In this document: positions 46,377 to 58,254 of the stretch, piece after piece | Position numbering within the stretch: position 1 is the first letter of the stretch | Layout: each line of letters begins with the position of its first letter | Source of the DNA: Plasmodiophora brassicae | Lineage: Eukaryota | DNA length: 64,000 bases | NCBI GenBank assembly: GCA_036867785.1 | Contig: CP145423.1 | Span: 558,001-622,000 of the forward strand | Direction: 5' to 3' | Notes under the pieces: model-generated | Told to the model about the DNA's origin: nothing | The model's input: the letters and a program-made list of their open reading frames with translations, nothing else | Database searches by the model: none | Position numbers and translations under genes: made by a program

Positions 46377-46952
46377 TTAGGCAGCCGATCGGTCGTTTGC
46401 GGCACTGCTGCGGTCGTAGGTTCTGACGGAGAGGGTATCGGCATCGGCGGCGGATACGAGGGACCGCCCCATGGGATCATCGAGGACGATCGAGAACGGG
46501 GCGTCGCCGTCGATGTACTGCTGCAGTTCGTCCAGCATGTCGAGTCGTTCGGGGGTGAGCCCAGACGGCGCCGATAACGTCGCGTAGATCTCCTCGAGCA
46601 TCGATTTCACAGAGCAGAACCGGGACCCCTCCACGTCGGCCTGTAGACCGATGTCGGGGATCGACACGGTCGCCGTCGTCGACTTGACGATATCCCGGGC
46701 GAGGTCGGCCTGCGATGCGACCTCGAGCGTGACCGCGCGACCGGTCGGCCCAGGGGCGCCCGATTCATCCACGACCGATTGGCGGAACCCGCAGTGGGCG
46801 CACTGGTGCACGCGCAGGCGCACGTCCTGGAACCCTTCCTGCAGCGACCCCGCGATGTACGTGTCGCTCTCGTCGCCGCACTGCTCGCAGCGGCCCGGGA
46901 CGACCTCGACTATGTGAATCAGCAACCCGCCGCTGCCTTGCCCGCTAGCCAT
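46377..46952 (-). CDS. ZPR1-like zinc finger protein, single module
   Basis: CEQC...CAHCGFR, DLARDIVKSTTATVSIPDIGL, FSIVLDDPMGRS. Confidence 0.85.
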   Translation of the reverse strand: MASGQGSGGLLIHIVEVVPGRCEQCGDESDTYIAGSLQEGFQDVRLRVHQCAHCGFRQSVVDESGAPGPTGRAVTLEVASQADLARDIVKSTTATVSIPDIGLQADVEGSRFCSVKSMLEEIYATLSAPSGLTPERLDMLDELQQYIDGDAPFSIVLDDPMGRSLVSAADADTLSVRTYDRSSAANDRSAA

Positions 46953-47096
46953 AGGTAGTATGCGGCGAGCCGCGAATGACGACGCCGCCGCCGCACAGTC
47001 CGTGGAACTGCGCAACTGCAGTCACGCTATTTCCGGTAAGTGTTATACTCGCCACTTAACGGTGGACCACCACGGCGATGTTGTACTAAGGCTACG

Positions 47097-50000
47097 TTAA
47101 AGGTCCCGCGACGGTATCATGACGACGTCCCAGGCGGCGGGTTTCCGGCCGGATTTCAGGCTGGACTGCAGGGCGCGATGCCACATCTGCCGTGCGGAAT
47201 CGCAGACGAAGAAGACGGACAGCTTGTGCTGGCCGACCCCGAGGACAAGGATCGCGCGGGGCGTCTCGGCCACCTCGACTGAGTCGATCTTGGACAGGGC
47301 GAGATACCCGCCGAGTGCGTCGGCACCCGCGGCCCACCCCGATGTGGAGAGCGCCTGCAGCTGCGCCGACGGGATGTCGGGCGCTTCCACAGGAACGGGC
47401 GACTCTTTGGCGGCGTAGACGAACTCGAACAGCTTCTGTTCGTGGGGCTTGCACGCCCAGACCAGCGACCGCCGTTCGAGCGTGCCGTTGTCACGTAGAA
47501 CGTCGACCAGGGTGCACAAACGCACGACCGCGCCCGGTACGGGTGCCTGCCGCACCTGCCACCAGGCCGAACAGAAGAGCCGGCACTTCCGCGTCAGGAC
47601 GGCAGCAACGCTGTCAGCGGCGCCGAACGCGCGCAGCACCCACGTCTGCCGTGTGATTCTGGCGTCCCCGTCGCACCCACCTTCCACGTACCCGACCGTG
47701 ATCTCCTGCCCGGTCGCGTCCAGTTCCGCTTCGTAAATGTCGCCGTAGTGCAGGCGCTGGAACGACGACGGCGCGTCGGTGATGGCGGCACCGATGTACG
47801 CGTAGTGGCAGGAGAGGATCAGGACTCGCGGGACGATCCCCGCACCGAACAGGACGCTGCGTGCGGGCGCACGCACCTCGATCGTAGCGGCGGCTTCGAG
47901 AAATTCGTCGACGGCGAAGACCTGCGCGTCCAGCATGCGTTGCTGTAAGGCGCGCGCCGACGCAGCGAGCGACGCTCGTCCAAGCACGTCGGCGAGGTAC
48001 GATGGTCGTAACGAGACGCCTTGCACGACGGCCAGCCGCACGTAGTCCTTCGTCAGCGCGTCGCCGGCCTCGGCGAGGACGTTGCACAGCCGGGCGCGCA
48101 TCGTGTCGATCAGGGTGCCGCACCCGGGGCGGATCTCCCGCAGGACGACGTCGCCTGTGCCCGCTGTGTACGTTCCCGCCGCCATCTCCAGGTCGTAGTC
48201 CAGCATGGCGTGCACGTGCGCCAACGGGAGCAGGTCGGCAATGACGAACTCCTGCAGGTCGGCGTTGCGTTCGGCGAGGCGCGCCGCGTACGCGCCGGTC
48301 CCTTCCCGAAGGACAGACGCGCCGGCGGCGGCGTCGTTCAGGCGCGCCAGGTAATGGAGCTTGCGGACGGCGCTGATGGCGTCGTCGAAGGCGCCGGCAG
48401 CGCACGCCATCGTCGCCTCCAGGCCGGGCGCCAATCGTCGTTCCGTCGACGACCGCGAACGGATTACGCGGGTGACGCGCGCCATCAGCTGCGCGACGGC
48501 GTCCACGGCCAGGATGACGTCGTCGCAGGACTCGATGAACGGTTCGACGGCCCAGGCCGGCACTCCCCCCGTCAGGCTCGCCGACAGGACCGAGCAGAGC
48601 TTGGCGCCCAGATACAGGGCATCGCCGGGCCCGTCCTGGTGACAGTGTCAAACGTGTCCATGGAGCAGCGAAACGCATCGATGCGAGGTACCTTATGGAA
48701 GACAGCGCCCAGCACAGCAGACAGCCAGGACGGGCGCAGGACCTGTCGTGTCGCCTTCCGACGGGACGCCATCGTCGCCGACGACGACGTCAAGAGCGCG
48801 CTGATGAGGCGCAGGTAGGCGGAGAGGGTCAGGCCGGCGACGTCAACGCAACGGGTGCCGTCCACGACCGTCACCTGCGCCTGCCATTGCTGGTGCCGCC
48901 CAGGCGGTCGGTGCCGCGTCGAGTGATCCGCACCGCGATTCGGTTCGACCTGGAGGTCGCAGAACGTGGTCGAGGCCAGCAGCTCGGTGGCGAACCCGAG
49001 CAGGTTCTCCTCGCCGGTGCCGATGGCGGGCGGTGTCCACACGTCGGGCACGGGCGGGTCCGGCCCGTCGGAGAACGCCGCCTCCAGGTCCCTCATGAAG
49101 TGGGCGGATCGGGTCTCCGGCGTTGGGCACGATGCCGGCGGTGGCAACGGCGGCGATGGTTCCCCGTCAGCGACGGCGTGCTCTCGCATCGTCTTCTCGT
49201 ACGCTTCGCGAGTGTACGCCTCGATGCGCGGTCGCATGGACCGTGCGCGTCCGAGATCCACGCCCGAATCGGCCGGCGCCATGGCGACCACCAGGGCGTG
49301 AATCCGCGCCAGGCCACTGAGCAGGTCGGGCGTCGAGGCTGCCGCCTGCGAACGCTGCCGTCGCATAAGCAGCGCCCGGATCTGCCCCTGGACGGTCGTC
49401 CCATCGTGGTCGATGCGCTCTTCGAGCGGCACGTCCAGCTGCGCGTGCCACTCGAAGGTGACGCGCCCCGGCGCGTGGTGGGCGGCGATCCGGAACACGT
49501 TGTCGTGTTTCTCGAGCCAGGCGCCGTGCGCGCTGCCGTCGGCGACCGTGAGCGTCAGTCGGGAGCTGCAGGCATAGACACAGGCCCGCGCGTCAGCAGA
49601 AAGTCCGGGACTGCACATGCACAACTGCGCGCGCGCACTTCGCCCACTTACCGTTGGTGCAGGCCGGCCCAGCGCGTGACGTGCGCGATCAGCTCGAGGC
49701 GCGCGTCGTACGCGTCCTGCGCGTCCAGCATGTCGCCGACGACGAGCGTGTGGATGACGGCCGTGTTCGGGTCGGCGTCGTCGGCGGCGACGCCGGCGAA
49801 CCCGACAATGCCGCCCCGGGCCAGCACGACGAAATGCCGTTCGACCCGAGCGCCAACCTCGCAGGTTGCCACCGCCCGCCAGTGCTCGACGGGCGCCGGC
49901 CCGCTGACCGACCCCGATGCAATGCCCGTCTCGAGACGGTGCATCAGGTCGGCGTGCGCCACCTGCAGCGGGACCAGGCGCAGGCGAGCGGTGGGCGCAG

Positions 50001-52365
50001 GGCGCCACAGGCCCGATTCCCGGGCGACGCACTCGGCGAGGACGCGCCCGCTTGGCGCTGCGGTCCACGTCGCCACATCGGCGGATGCCTCCACGAGTCG
50101 TGCCACGACGTCGTCCCTGCGGTCGCCGGCGACCGTGTCGGCGACCTGCTGCAGGCACCGGAACACGACGCGCTGCATCTGGGCACGTACCCGGTGCACG
50201 TCCTCGCCCGTTTCCGCGACCTGCGACGCGGTTGCCTCGGCCATCTCAGCGAGGTCGTCCAGCGCGCCCAGGACGACGGCCGCGTTGAACGCCAGCGGCG
50301 TCTGCTCGATGGCGACGGGCGCGGCCGGTGCGTCGCCGGGTGCCAGCGCCGTGACGAACTCGCCGGCCAGTGTCTTGCCGAGCAGGACCCGGGCCCTGGA
50401 TGACGGCGTCGCGTGAACCGCACGCCAGAGGGCGACGTTTCGCCAGGCCAGGTGCAGCAGTTTCACACAGGACTGGCGCAGGCGCGCGATGCTGTCGGGA
50501 TTGTCGATCAGCGGGTCGCCGGCGCGTTCGCTGGCGTCGGCGCACGATTCCAGCAGCGCCAGGGTCCCGTTGACGAGCGCCCCCAGGTCCAGGTCGGCGT
50601 GGTCGGCGTTCAGCGCGCCGGCGATCACCCGGAATGCGACGTAGACGAGAACGGAGGCGGCGTCGTGCACATGGTGACGCATGATCGTCGGCGCGGTCAC
50701 GATCAGCGACGTCAGCTGAGCGGGTTGCATTGCGGCGCCTAAGACAGCGACCGCACGAAGCGCTTCAGACCGGATGGCCCAATGCTGGACGGCGGCGACA
50801 ATCTCCAGCAAACGTTTCGTGACAACGCGCATGACGCGCTCGTAGTTGACGAAGGCGGGTGGCGTTGCCGCCGTCGCGTACCGAACGATGAGACGGATGA
50901 CGACGACGAGCGCGTCAACGTCGTCGCCGGCCACGACGAGGCGCCCTTCGTAGCGGTGCTCGTACTGGACGATCATTCGCGGGATCTGCTTGACGACCTC
51001 GACGAGGCACAGTCGCCCGCTCCAGGCGGCGTCGGCCATGGCCGCAGGATTATCGGCCCGTTTCGTATCGAACGTCTCGAGAAGGGCGCAGGCCGACCTG
51101 GCGAACACGTCGAAGTTGTCTGCGGCCACCTCGATGACGTGGCGTTCCACTCGCAGGCGCGCCTTCTCATCCGGCAGGGACTTCACGCTGGGCAGTGATG
51201 CAACGATGCCGCTGAGCACTTCGATCTGCCGACAGACTCGGGTACGACGGGCCACCAGGGCGGTATCGGCGGCACATGCGGCTCGGTTCGTCAGGTGGCG
51301 CAACCCTCGAACAAGGTCGGAGACGAAGAGCTCGTGGTCGATCGACGCTGTGGCGAACGCGGCGGCCGCGGCTGGGGATCGCAGCGAGACGACCCCGATC
51401 AGGTGTAACGCCTCGAACAGGTCATCGAGCTCGCGCGCGTTCAGCGAATCAACAGCTCGAACCTGTCCCGATGACTTGTCGATGACGATGTCGACGAGTT
51501 GGGACACGTACGTCGCACCGTTTGGCGAAACATCCAGGAACGACGATGCCGATTGAGCGTCTTTGACGAGGAGGCTCAGCAGGCGGAACAGGGGCGCAGG
51601 GGTTAGGTCAGACAACGCCACCCAGTATTCAAGGAGGCGAGGGATATGTCCACGTAGAAGATCGCAAGCTTCGCTGCCGTAATACGGGTGCATAGCGTAT
51701 CTCGACATGATGGCCAGCAGCGATTCCAGCTCTGCGAGCGGGTCATTGGTAATCGCAGCACATTACGAACCGTGACGATCTACCGGTATCCATCTGGACG
51801 ACTTTGAGGAGGTTCGGCAGGGATTCCTCCAAGCTGGCCATGGCGGCGGCAGGGCTGGCTTCCATCAGGTCCCCAACGATGACCTGCAACATCGGCTCGC
51901 TGCTGATGTCGTTGATAGCGGCCAGGCGTAGCACGGCGGAACCGAGATGCATGAGGACCTGCAATTCCGTGCCGTACTTTTGGATCACTGACCGACTGGT
52001 GCCGACGATCTTGGCGACCGCGTCATTTTCGTCTTCATCCTTCCCAAACATCCATTCCTTGCTGCTCAGGGATTTGTCCTTTCCAGACCTAGGCGGGGTA
52101 GGTGGATACAATGGAGCGCCCCGCGACATTGTCATTACCTAGAGAGTTCGATACTGCCGATGAGGCCGACAAGGCTAGTGACGGCATTGTCTATAGTGTC
52201 GCTGTCGACAGCTGTGTGGAGGGCAGTAACGGCGATGCCGGCCAGCGGATCACTGTTGACGGCATCGGCCGGCGAGCGGACACGTGGCAACAGCTGGACC
52301 ATGCCTATATGCGCACGCAGGTGGGCTGCCGGCGAGGCGATCCCAATGAGGACGATTATGCTTTC
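47097..52365 (-). CDS. Very large hypothetical protein (alpha-solenoid N-part, possible C-terminal PH-like domain); 5' end unresolved
   Basis: ORFs 52135-52458, 51743-52135, 49648-51708, 48572-50158 and 47097-48563 join in frame via GT..AG introns (IELSR|SGKD, MDT|ELESLL, HQR|SRLTL, FHK|DGPGD). Confidence 0.7.
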
Positions 52366-52850
52366 CCTGTGACTGGGGGTACACAGGGCTGACATCGCCC
52401 CACTCGGCCCCGCGTGCTGGCAATTGTTTAAACGCTTGACTTGACCCCCTGTGGGCATTCATGGGCATCCGCCGCCGTCAACATCGTGTAGGAAACATGT
52501 GTACCACAACGCACGAGCGGGCTGGTGTCGCATGATGCGGCAAAGTGACCATCCCAGCGTGCAGCGCCGCAAAAAGGGATTGGTGGGCAGGATTCGACCT
52601 GCCGTAAGTATGGCGCCGCCCTAAAGTTCCCCGGCGGTCGAGAAGTCCGTCGCGGTGTCCGCCACGGCATCCGTTTCGCGAGGTACGGCGTCCTCGGTCG
52701 TCACTTGCCAATTCGCGCTATGCGTCCTTGGGTTGCCAGCCTCAACGTTTCGAACGGTACGTAAGCCAGTTGATTTGGAAAGGCGTTAAGCCGGATTCTG
52801 GATTCTGATGACAAGAATTGTTTGTTGATGGCGTGTAATGATACGTTTTT

Positions 52851-53587
52851 CTATACCATCTTTCGGGGCTGACCAGTACAATCGATTTTCATTCTGTCCG
52901 ATGTCGTCGTGTGCTTCGAGATTTTAATCCTTGGTTTTGATCCTGCAGGTGATATCCACGGCACCGAGTGAGCTGATCCGCTCATATTCGGGGATGGGGT
53001 AGAAAGGCGTAGAATTGCAGAATCCCGTTGTGGAAGGCGCCGCTGTACGGTTTCCCGGAATCGGGTTCGACCATGGCCCCAACACCTGAACGTGGCTACC
53101 GACCCGTCTATACATACACTGCTCACGGTTTAGTCTGAACATGATCGGCAGCCGCTGATCGGCAAAGGGTTGGAAAATAGTGGTGGTTGTATAGAGTGTC
53201 GAGGCACGCACCTCGAGCTCGGCATCAGCGTATGCCACAGCGGGCTGACAGTGATGAACAAGGACGGAAGCAGTAGCAAGAAAAGGAACCAAGAAACCGG
53301 GCAGATACAGCGGCAACAGGCTGCAGGCGGCGTTAAAGGCCCTGGAATATACAACTGCAAGCGGCAATCCTCTACAGGAGTTGCACGCGACCCGTGTGCC
53401 ACTAAACAAACCACGTGGACACGGGCTCTGCACGACGCGATCGTACGCGTTTGGGCAGCTGTTTCGCGCGCGTGACAACACAATGTGCACACGGTAACCG
53501 GGTATATGTTTCACGAATAGCAATGGATTCAGACAAGAACGATGCCGTCGGGGTTGGAACGCGCTGCGCGGCAGATTCAAGGATCAT
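52851..53587 (-). CDS. Possible small multi-exon hypothetical gene
   Basis: Short open segments with splice-like signals. One segment (53120-53180) has diverged copies at ~56596-56660 and ~62890-62960. Confidence 0.25.
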
Positions 53588-53949
53588 GAGCCGCGCGCCT
53601 GAAGACGAGGCAGACCAGGACGACCGGATAGAGCGACGTCAGCTGATGCACCCGGCCATCGTGGTGCGCCTCCCCATCAATTGTCAGGCCGGTTCGACTG
53701 ACTGGCCCGCTCTCCGCTTACGTTCCTCTCCGTACAGGCCGTTCCTGTAGGGGCGCCAGTGTACCTGGGTACACGTACGCCATCGTAATGTTCACGGCCA
53801 TTCCCGCTACTCGTCATCGCCATCGAAGGTCAGGGGATCGGCCGCCTGATGGCCGTGATCACCTGCATGGGTTCTACCCGGCCGCCATGGGCCTGTGACA
53901 ATTCGAGATGCGGCTAAACTGATCATGTGTATCATGGTGATATCGGCAG

Positions 53950-55749
53950 CTACGGCACGACAACGACTTCCTGGAGGAGGTCCGGGTCGTGACCGGCAGC
54001 GTCGACGGCCGGGGCCGCCTCGACGTCGACGACGGCGGTGCGGGGGCCGCCCCAGGTCCGCACCCTGAAGGTCAGGATTCCATACAGCTGGAATCCGGCG
54101 GCCAGGATGGGGAGGACCAAGACCACGGCGGGATAGACCCAGGTGATCTTGATCCGCCCGATCCTGACCGCCACCACGATCAGGTACAGCCAGATGACGC
54201 CGAAGACGGCAACGGCGTACCCGACCGTGTACCAGGTGCCCTGGCCCTGCATCAGCTGCAGGCACAGGGCATACACGAACAAGGGGCCGTTGCGCAGGGC
54301 GGACAGGGCCAGGAGCGTGTTCAGGCCGGGGAATTGCCGCCAGAGCGTCGGCGACGTCAGCTGGTAGACCTCGTTGAGCAGCGTGCCCAGGTACCAGCGT
54401 CGGCGCTGCTTCATCAGCGAGCGGAACGTGGCGCATCCCTCCGTCTTGCAGCGGGCCGACGGGCAGAACCCGATCCGGTACCGGTCGGCGCACCGCTCCA
54501 TCAGCAGGTGCGTCAGGTAGCGGTCCTCGCCCAGGTGCGTCCGGTTGAAGTCGAAGCTGTCGACGGCGTCCATGTTGCCGAAGTAGGTGGGCGCCACCCT
54601 GGCCAGCGACTCGAACCGGACCATGGTGAGGGCGCCGGGCAGGCAGGACACCGACCCGAGGTAGTCCTCAGCGTTGCGCTGGAGCATCTGCGACTCGACG
54701 TACTCGGCGTCCTGCAGCACCTTCAGGAAGCTGTACGTGCCGGCCGTCTTGCACGTGATCAGCCCGGTCAGCGCGTCGCGGTAGACGCCCGTCTGCCCCA
54801 TCATCTCGTAGGTGAAGTGCGCGATGGCCAGCGCGTCCAGCTCAATGTCGGAATCGATGAACAGGAGCAGCGGCTTCGTCGCCAGGGCGGCGTACAGGTC
54901 GGACAGGTAGCGGAAGGCGCACATCTGCGCGTGCCGCTTGCCGCCATGCACGAACCGGCAGGGCGTGACCTTCAGGCCCCGGAACATGATGTCGACGCCG
55001 ACGGCAGGCAGGCCGTCGCCGCTGACCCCGATCTCGTCCAGCACGTTGCCCGTCGTCAGCATGCTGCTGTCGATACAGGTCTTGCCCGCCACCAGGCAGT
55101 AGATGACCGTCCGGTACAGCGTCGACACCTCGTCCGAGTCGAACGCCAGCACGAGGTGCAGACGATGCGTCGGGTACTCGGCCTGCGCCACCGAGTTGAT
55201 CGCCGTCATGAGCGTCTCGATCGGCTCGTTGTAGATCGGCATGACGACCGTGACGTACGGGTTCTGGTTGCGCACCCGCTTCTTCGTCGCCCGCGTGGCG
55301 ATCGCCTTCAGGACCTGGGCGTCCGTCGGAGCCCGTCGCCCGGCGTCAATCGCACACTTGACGCGGAACCAGGTGGCCACAACCAACGCCAGCGGTTCCA
55401 GCATCACCAGCATGGCGAAGGTTGCGTCCAGCCTGTCCCAGGGAGACGCCCTGAACGCGTGACGGAAGTTGACCGACGCGATCAGTAGGCCGTACACGCC
55501 GATGTTGTACGACGTGTACAGGACCAGGAACGCGGCCGCAACCAGGCGCGTCAGCACCGGGTGCTCCTGGTCCTTCTCCCCGTAAACGACCACGTTGCCC
55601 AGGGTGACAATGTAGGTGACAATGTACGCGATGGCGTGCAGGAACGCCATCAGGAGGGAACCCCACACGAGGGCGAACACGATAGACGTGCCATAAACGT
55701 TCAAGAGCTGCTGGGCGGCCTGCACGATCGAGGTCGCCGTCGTCGTCAT
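53950..55749 (-). CDS. CHS: Chitin synthase, intronless, resembling fungal class VI (division 3)
   Basis: VVMPIYNE, RFVHGGKRHAQ, LLFIDSD, LQDAEY, SVSCLPGALTM, LGEDRYLTHL, QRRRWYLG, RTWGGPR. Confidence 0.93.
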   Translation of the reverse strand: MTTTATSIVQAAQQLLNVYGTSIVFALVWGSLLMAFLHAIAYIVTYIVTLGNVVVYGEKDQEHPVLTRLVAAAFLVLYTSYNIGVYGLLIASVNFRHAFRASPWDRLDATFAMLVMLEPLALVVATWFRVKCAIDAGRRAPTDAQVLKAIATRATKKRVRNQNPYVTVVMPIYNEPIETLMTAINSVAQAEYPTHRLHLVLAFDSDEVSTLYRTVIYCLVAGKTCIDSSMLTTGNVLDEIGVSGDGLPAVGVDIMFRGLKVTPCRFVHGGKRHAQMCAFRYLSDLYAALATKPLLLFIDSDIELDALAIAHFTYEMMGQTGVYRDALTGLITCKTAGTYSFLKVLQDAEYVESQMLQRNAEDYLGSVSCLPGALTMVRFESLARVAPTYFGNMDAVDSFDFNRTHLGEDRYLTHLLMERCADRYRIGFCPSARCKTEGCATFRSLMKQRRRWYLGTLLNEVYQLTSPTLWRQFPGLNTLLALSALRNGPLFVYALCLQLMQGQGTWYTVGYAVAVFGVIWLYLIVVAVRIGRIKITWVYPAVVLVLPILAAGFQLYGILTFRVRTWGGPRTAVVDVEAAPAVDAAGHDPDLLQEVVVVP

Positions 55750-55876
55750 CGCAATCCGTCTTCAATCACAATGAGGCGACGACCGAACGTGACACGCTCA
55801 CCGTTCGTTTCGGAGGCTGAAGATTCGCGCCAGTTTGGGGGTTCACAGTCTGGGACTGCATCGGAGCGTAGCGGGG

Positions 55877-55976
55877 GCGCGCACTGAACCGTCGGAGAAA
55901 TAGAACCGACACTGACGGGGCGCGCGCGCGCACTGAACCTTCGGAGAAATAGAAGCGACAGTGACGCGGCGCGCGC
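55877..55976. repeat. Two tandem ~49-bp direct repeats upstream of chitin synthase
   Basis: The unit gcgcactgaacc(g/t)tcggagaaatagaa(c/g)cgaca(c/g)tgacg occurs twice (cactgaacc at 55882 and 55931). Confidence 0.85.
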
Positions 55977-56121
55977 AAGCCAGCACCGTTAAGGCACGCC
56001 GTCGACCGACCATGGGCAACGTGCAACGGCCACTGCGGTTCCGCATTACAACGTTGGAACTCGGCGCGACAACATGCAAACGCAACGCGGCGTCTGCCTG
56101 CACAGAACGCGGCGGGTGCCA

Positions 56122-56143
56122 GGGGGGGGGGGGGGGGGGGGGG
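56122..56143 (+). repeat. G22 homopolymer
   Basis: Run of 22 G; the mirror copy near 63440 has only six. Confidence 0.9.
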
Positions 56144-56729
56144 CGCCGGCTCGCTCTACCCGGCCACCGGCCGGTCAGTCACTGGGAGGGAGGCGTTCCT
56201 GGCATCACGCCAACCTGTGGCTGCCGTTGATCAGTAAGCTAGGTCAGCGTGTCCCTGCCCAGGCACCGACCACAATCAACTGTCAGCCGTACTGGTCGAG
56301 GTCTGCCCGTGAACTTCCGACAGCGACTAGCTCGCCTACTGCCCAGGGACACCGTTCCAAAGACGCTCAACAGGGTGCCTCCCGCTCGTCCAGACTGTTT
56401 CCAGGTAACCAGCAAATACTACGGGAACAGGCCATGCAAACATTCGTAGGTAGGTATGCCATGTCAACTGCATTGAATGAACTGCCTGTCCAGAAGCGTT
56501 TTCCCAGGGATATGGCGAAGGCGTCGTAAGTGGCGAACGGGTGTACGAGTGGCTGGAAACGTGGCTACCGATCCGTCCATAAATAATACACACTGCTCAC
56601 GGTTCAATCTGAACACGATCGGCCAGCCGCTGATCGGCAACAGCTTGGGAAATAGTGGTTGTGACGGAACTCGATCGGCAGAGGGTCCCGCGAGGTCGAC
56701 TGGATCTCAAGTCCAGACCTCCTCCGATC

Positions 56730-57070
56730 CCATCATCACGTATGTCTTCACGCTGGGCAACGTCTTCCCGCGTCCACGGCGAAAAGAACCAGGACCATCC
56801 GGTCCTGACGCGCCTGGTTACGGCCACCTTCATGGACCTGTACACGTCGTACAACCTCGGCGTGTACGGCCTACTGATCGTGTCGGTCAACTTCGGGCAC
56901 GCCTTCTGTGCGTCGCCCTGGGACACCCTGAAGCCAACGTTCGCAACGACCGTGATGCTCGAGCCGGTGACGTTGGTGGTTGCCACCTGGTTCCGGATCA
57001 AGTGTGCGATCAACGCCGGGCGACGGGCTCCGGGCGACGACCAGGTCCTAAAGGCGGCCGCCTCGCGCGA
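56730..57070 (+). pseudogene. 5' fragment of class VI-like chitin synthase
   Basis: EKNQDHPVLTRLVTATFMDLYTSYNLGVYGLLIVSVNFGHAF...WFRIKCAINAGRR; frameshifted and truncated. Confidence 0.85.
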
Positions 57071-57099
57071 GGTCCGAAGGCCTCGGCCGCAACGACATG

Positions 57100-57553
57100 G
57101 AGGCGATCGCCTTCAGCACCTGGTATTCGCTCGGTATCGGTCGCCAGGCGTCCACTGATCCTAACCAGGTGGCAACGCCAACGTCACCGGCTCGAGCATC
57201 ACGGTCGTGGCGAACGTTGGACGCAGGGAGTCCCAGTAGGGCGACGCAAAGAAGGCGTGCCCGACGTTGAGCGACACGTTCAGCAGGCCGTACACGCCGA
57301 GGTTGTACGACGTGTACAAGACCAGGAAGATGGCCGCAACGAGGCGCGTCAGCACCGGATGGTCCTGGTTCTTTTCGCCGTGGACGCGGGAAACGTTGCC
57401 CAGCGTGACGACGTACGCGATGATGTAGCAGGTGGCGTGCGGGAACGCGATCAGCAGGGAGAACCGAACGATGGCGTATACGATGCATGTGCCGTAGTCG
57501 TCGAAGAACCACTCATGGGCGGCCTGCACCACCGTCGTCGCCCTCATCGTCAT
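57100..57553 (-). pseudogene. 5' fragment of class VI-like chitin synthase
   Basis: MTMRATTVVQAAHEWFFDDYGTCIVYAIV...HPVLTRLVAAIFLVLYTSYNLGVYG; premature stop. Confidence 0.85.
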
Positions 57554-58254
57554 GCGGCCTGGAGCTTGCCGCTGCGCTGCTGCTAGTTCTCGACAACCAA
57601 CGCTGGCGCCGACAACCGCTCTGCAATCACTATGACGCGACGACCGAACCTGACACGTTCACCGTTAGTTTCGGAGGCTGAAGATTCCTGCCGGGTTGCG
57701 GGTTCGGAGCCTGGGACTGAATCGGATCGCGCGCGCGCACTGAACCTTCGGAGAAATAGAACGGGCACTGACGCGGCGCGCGCACGCCCGCACCGTTAAG
57801 GCACGCTGTCGACCGATCATGGGCAACGTGCAACGGCCGCTGCGATTCCGCATTTCGTCGAGGCCCTGTGCGCTCACGCGCGATAACATGCAAACGCAAA
57901 GCGACGTCTGCCTGCACAGAACGCGGCGGGTGGCCATGAGGGCGCCGGCCGGTCAGTCACTGGGGTCGGGGGCGTTCCTGGAATCACAGCTGCCGTACCG
58001 GCCTACCCGGTGCCATTGACACTGCCCAGGGACACCGTTCCATCGACGCTCAACACGGTGCCTCCCGCTCGTCGAGGATGTTTCCTCGTAACCGGCAAAC
58101 GCTATGGGAACGTACGGGTGCAAACAATCATAGGTAGGGATGCCATGTCCACTGCATTGGATGAACTGCATGTCCCATAGGGGTAGGACCGACTTCATCG
58201 ACGGTTCGGTCGGGACGGGTGCGCCAGTAACACCGTTCCAACGACTCTCAACAG

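Larger units (their letters stand above)
55566..58225. repeat. Left arm of large imperfect inverted repeat (pairs with 61175-64000)
   Basis: The chitin synthase start (55749) mirrors 63817, and the upstream region and internal fragments mirror in order. The arm probably extends further left, since the right arm runs off the window. Confidence 0.9.

Noticed and set aside
48695-50416. 573-aa plus-strand ORF
   Set aside because: Antisense to the large spliced minus-strand gene, with Arg/Ala-rich shadow composition.
53989-55488. 499-aa plus-strand ORF
   Set aside because: Antisense shadow of the class VI-like chitin synthase.
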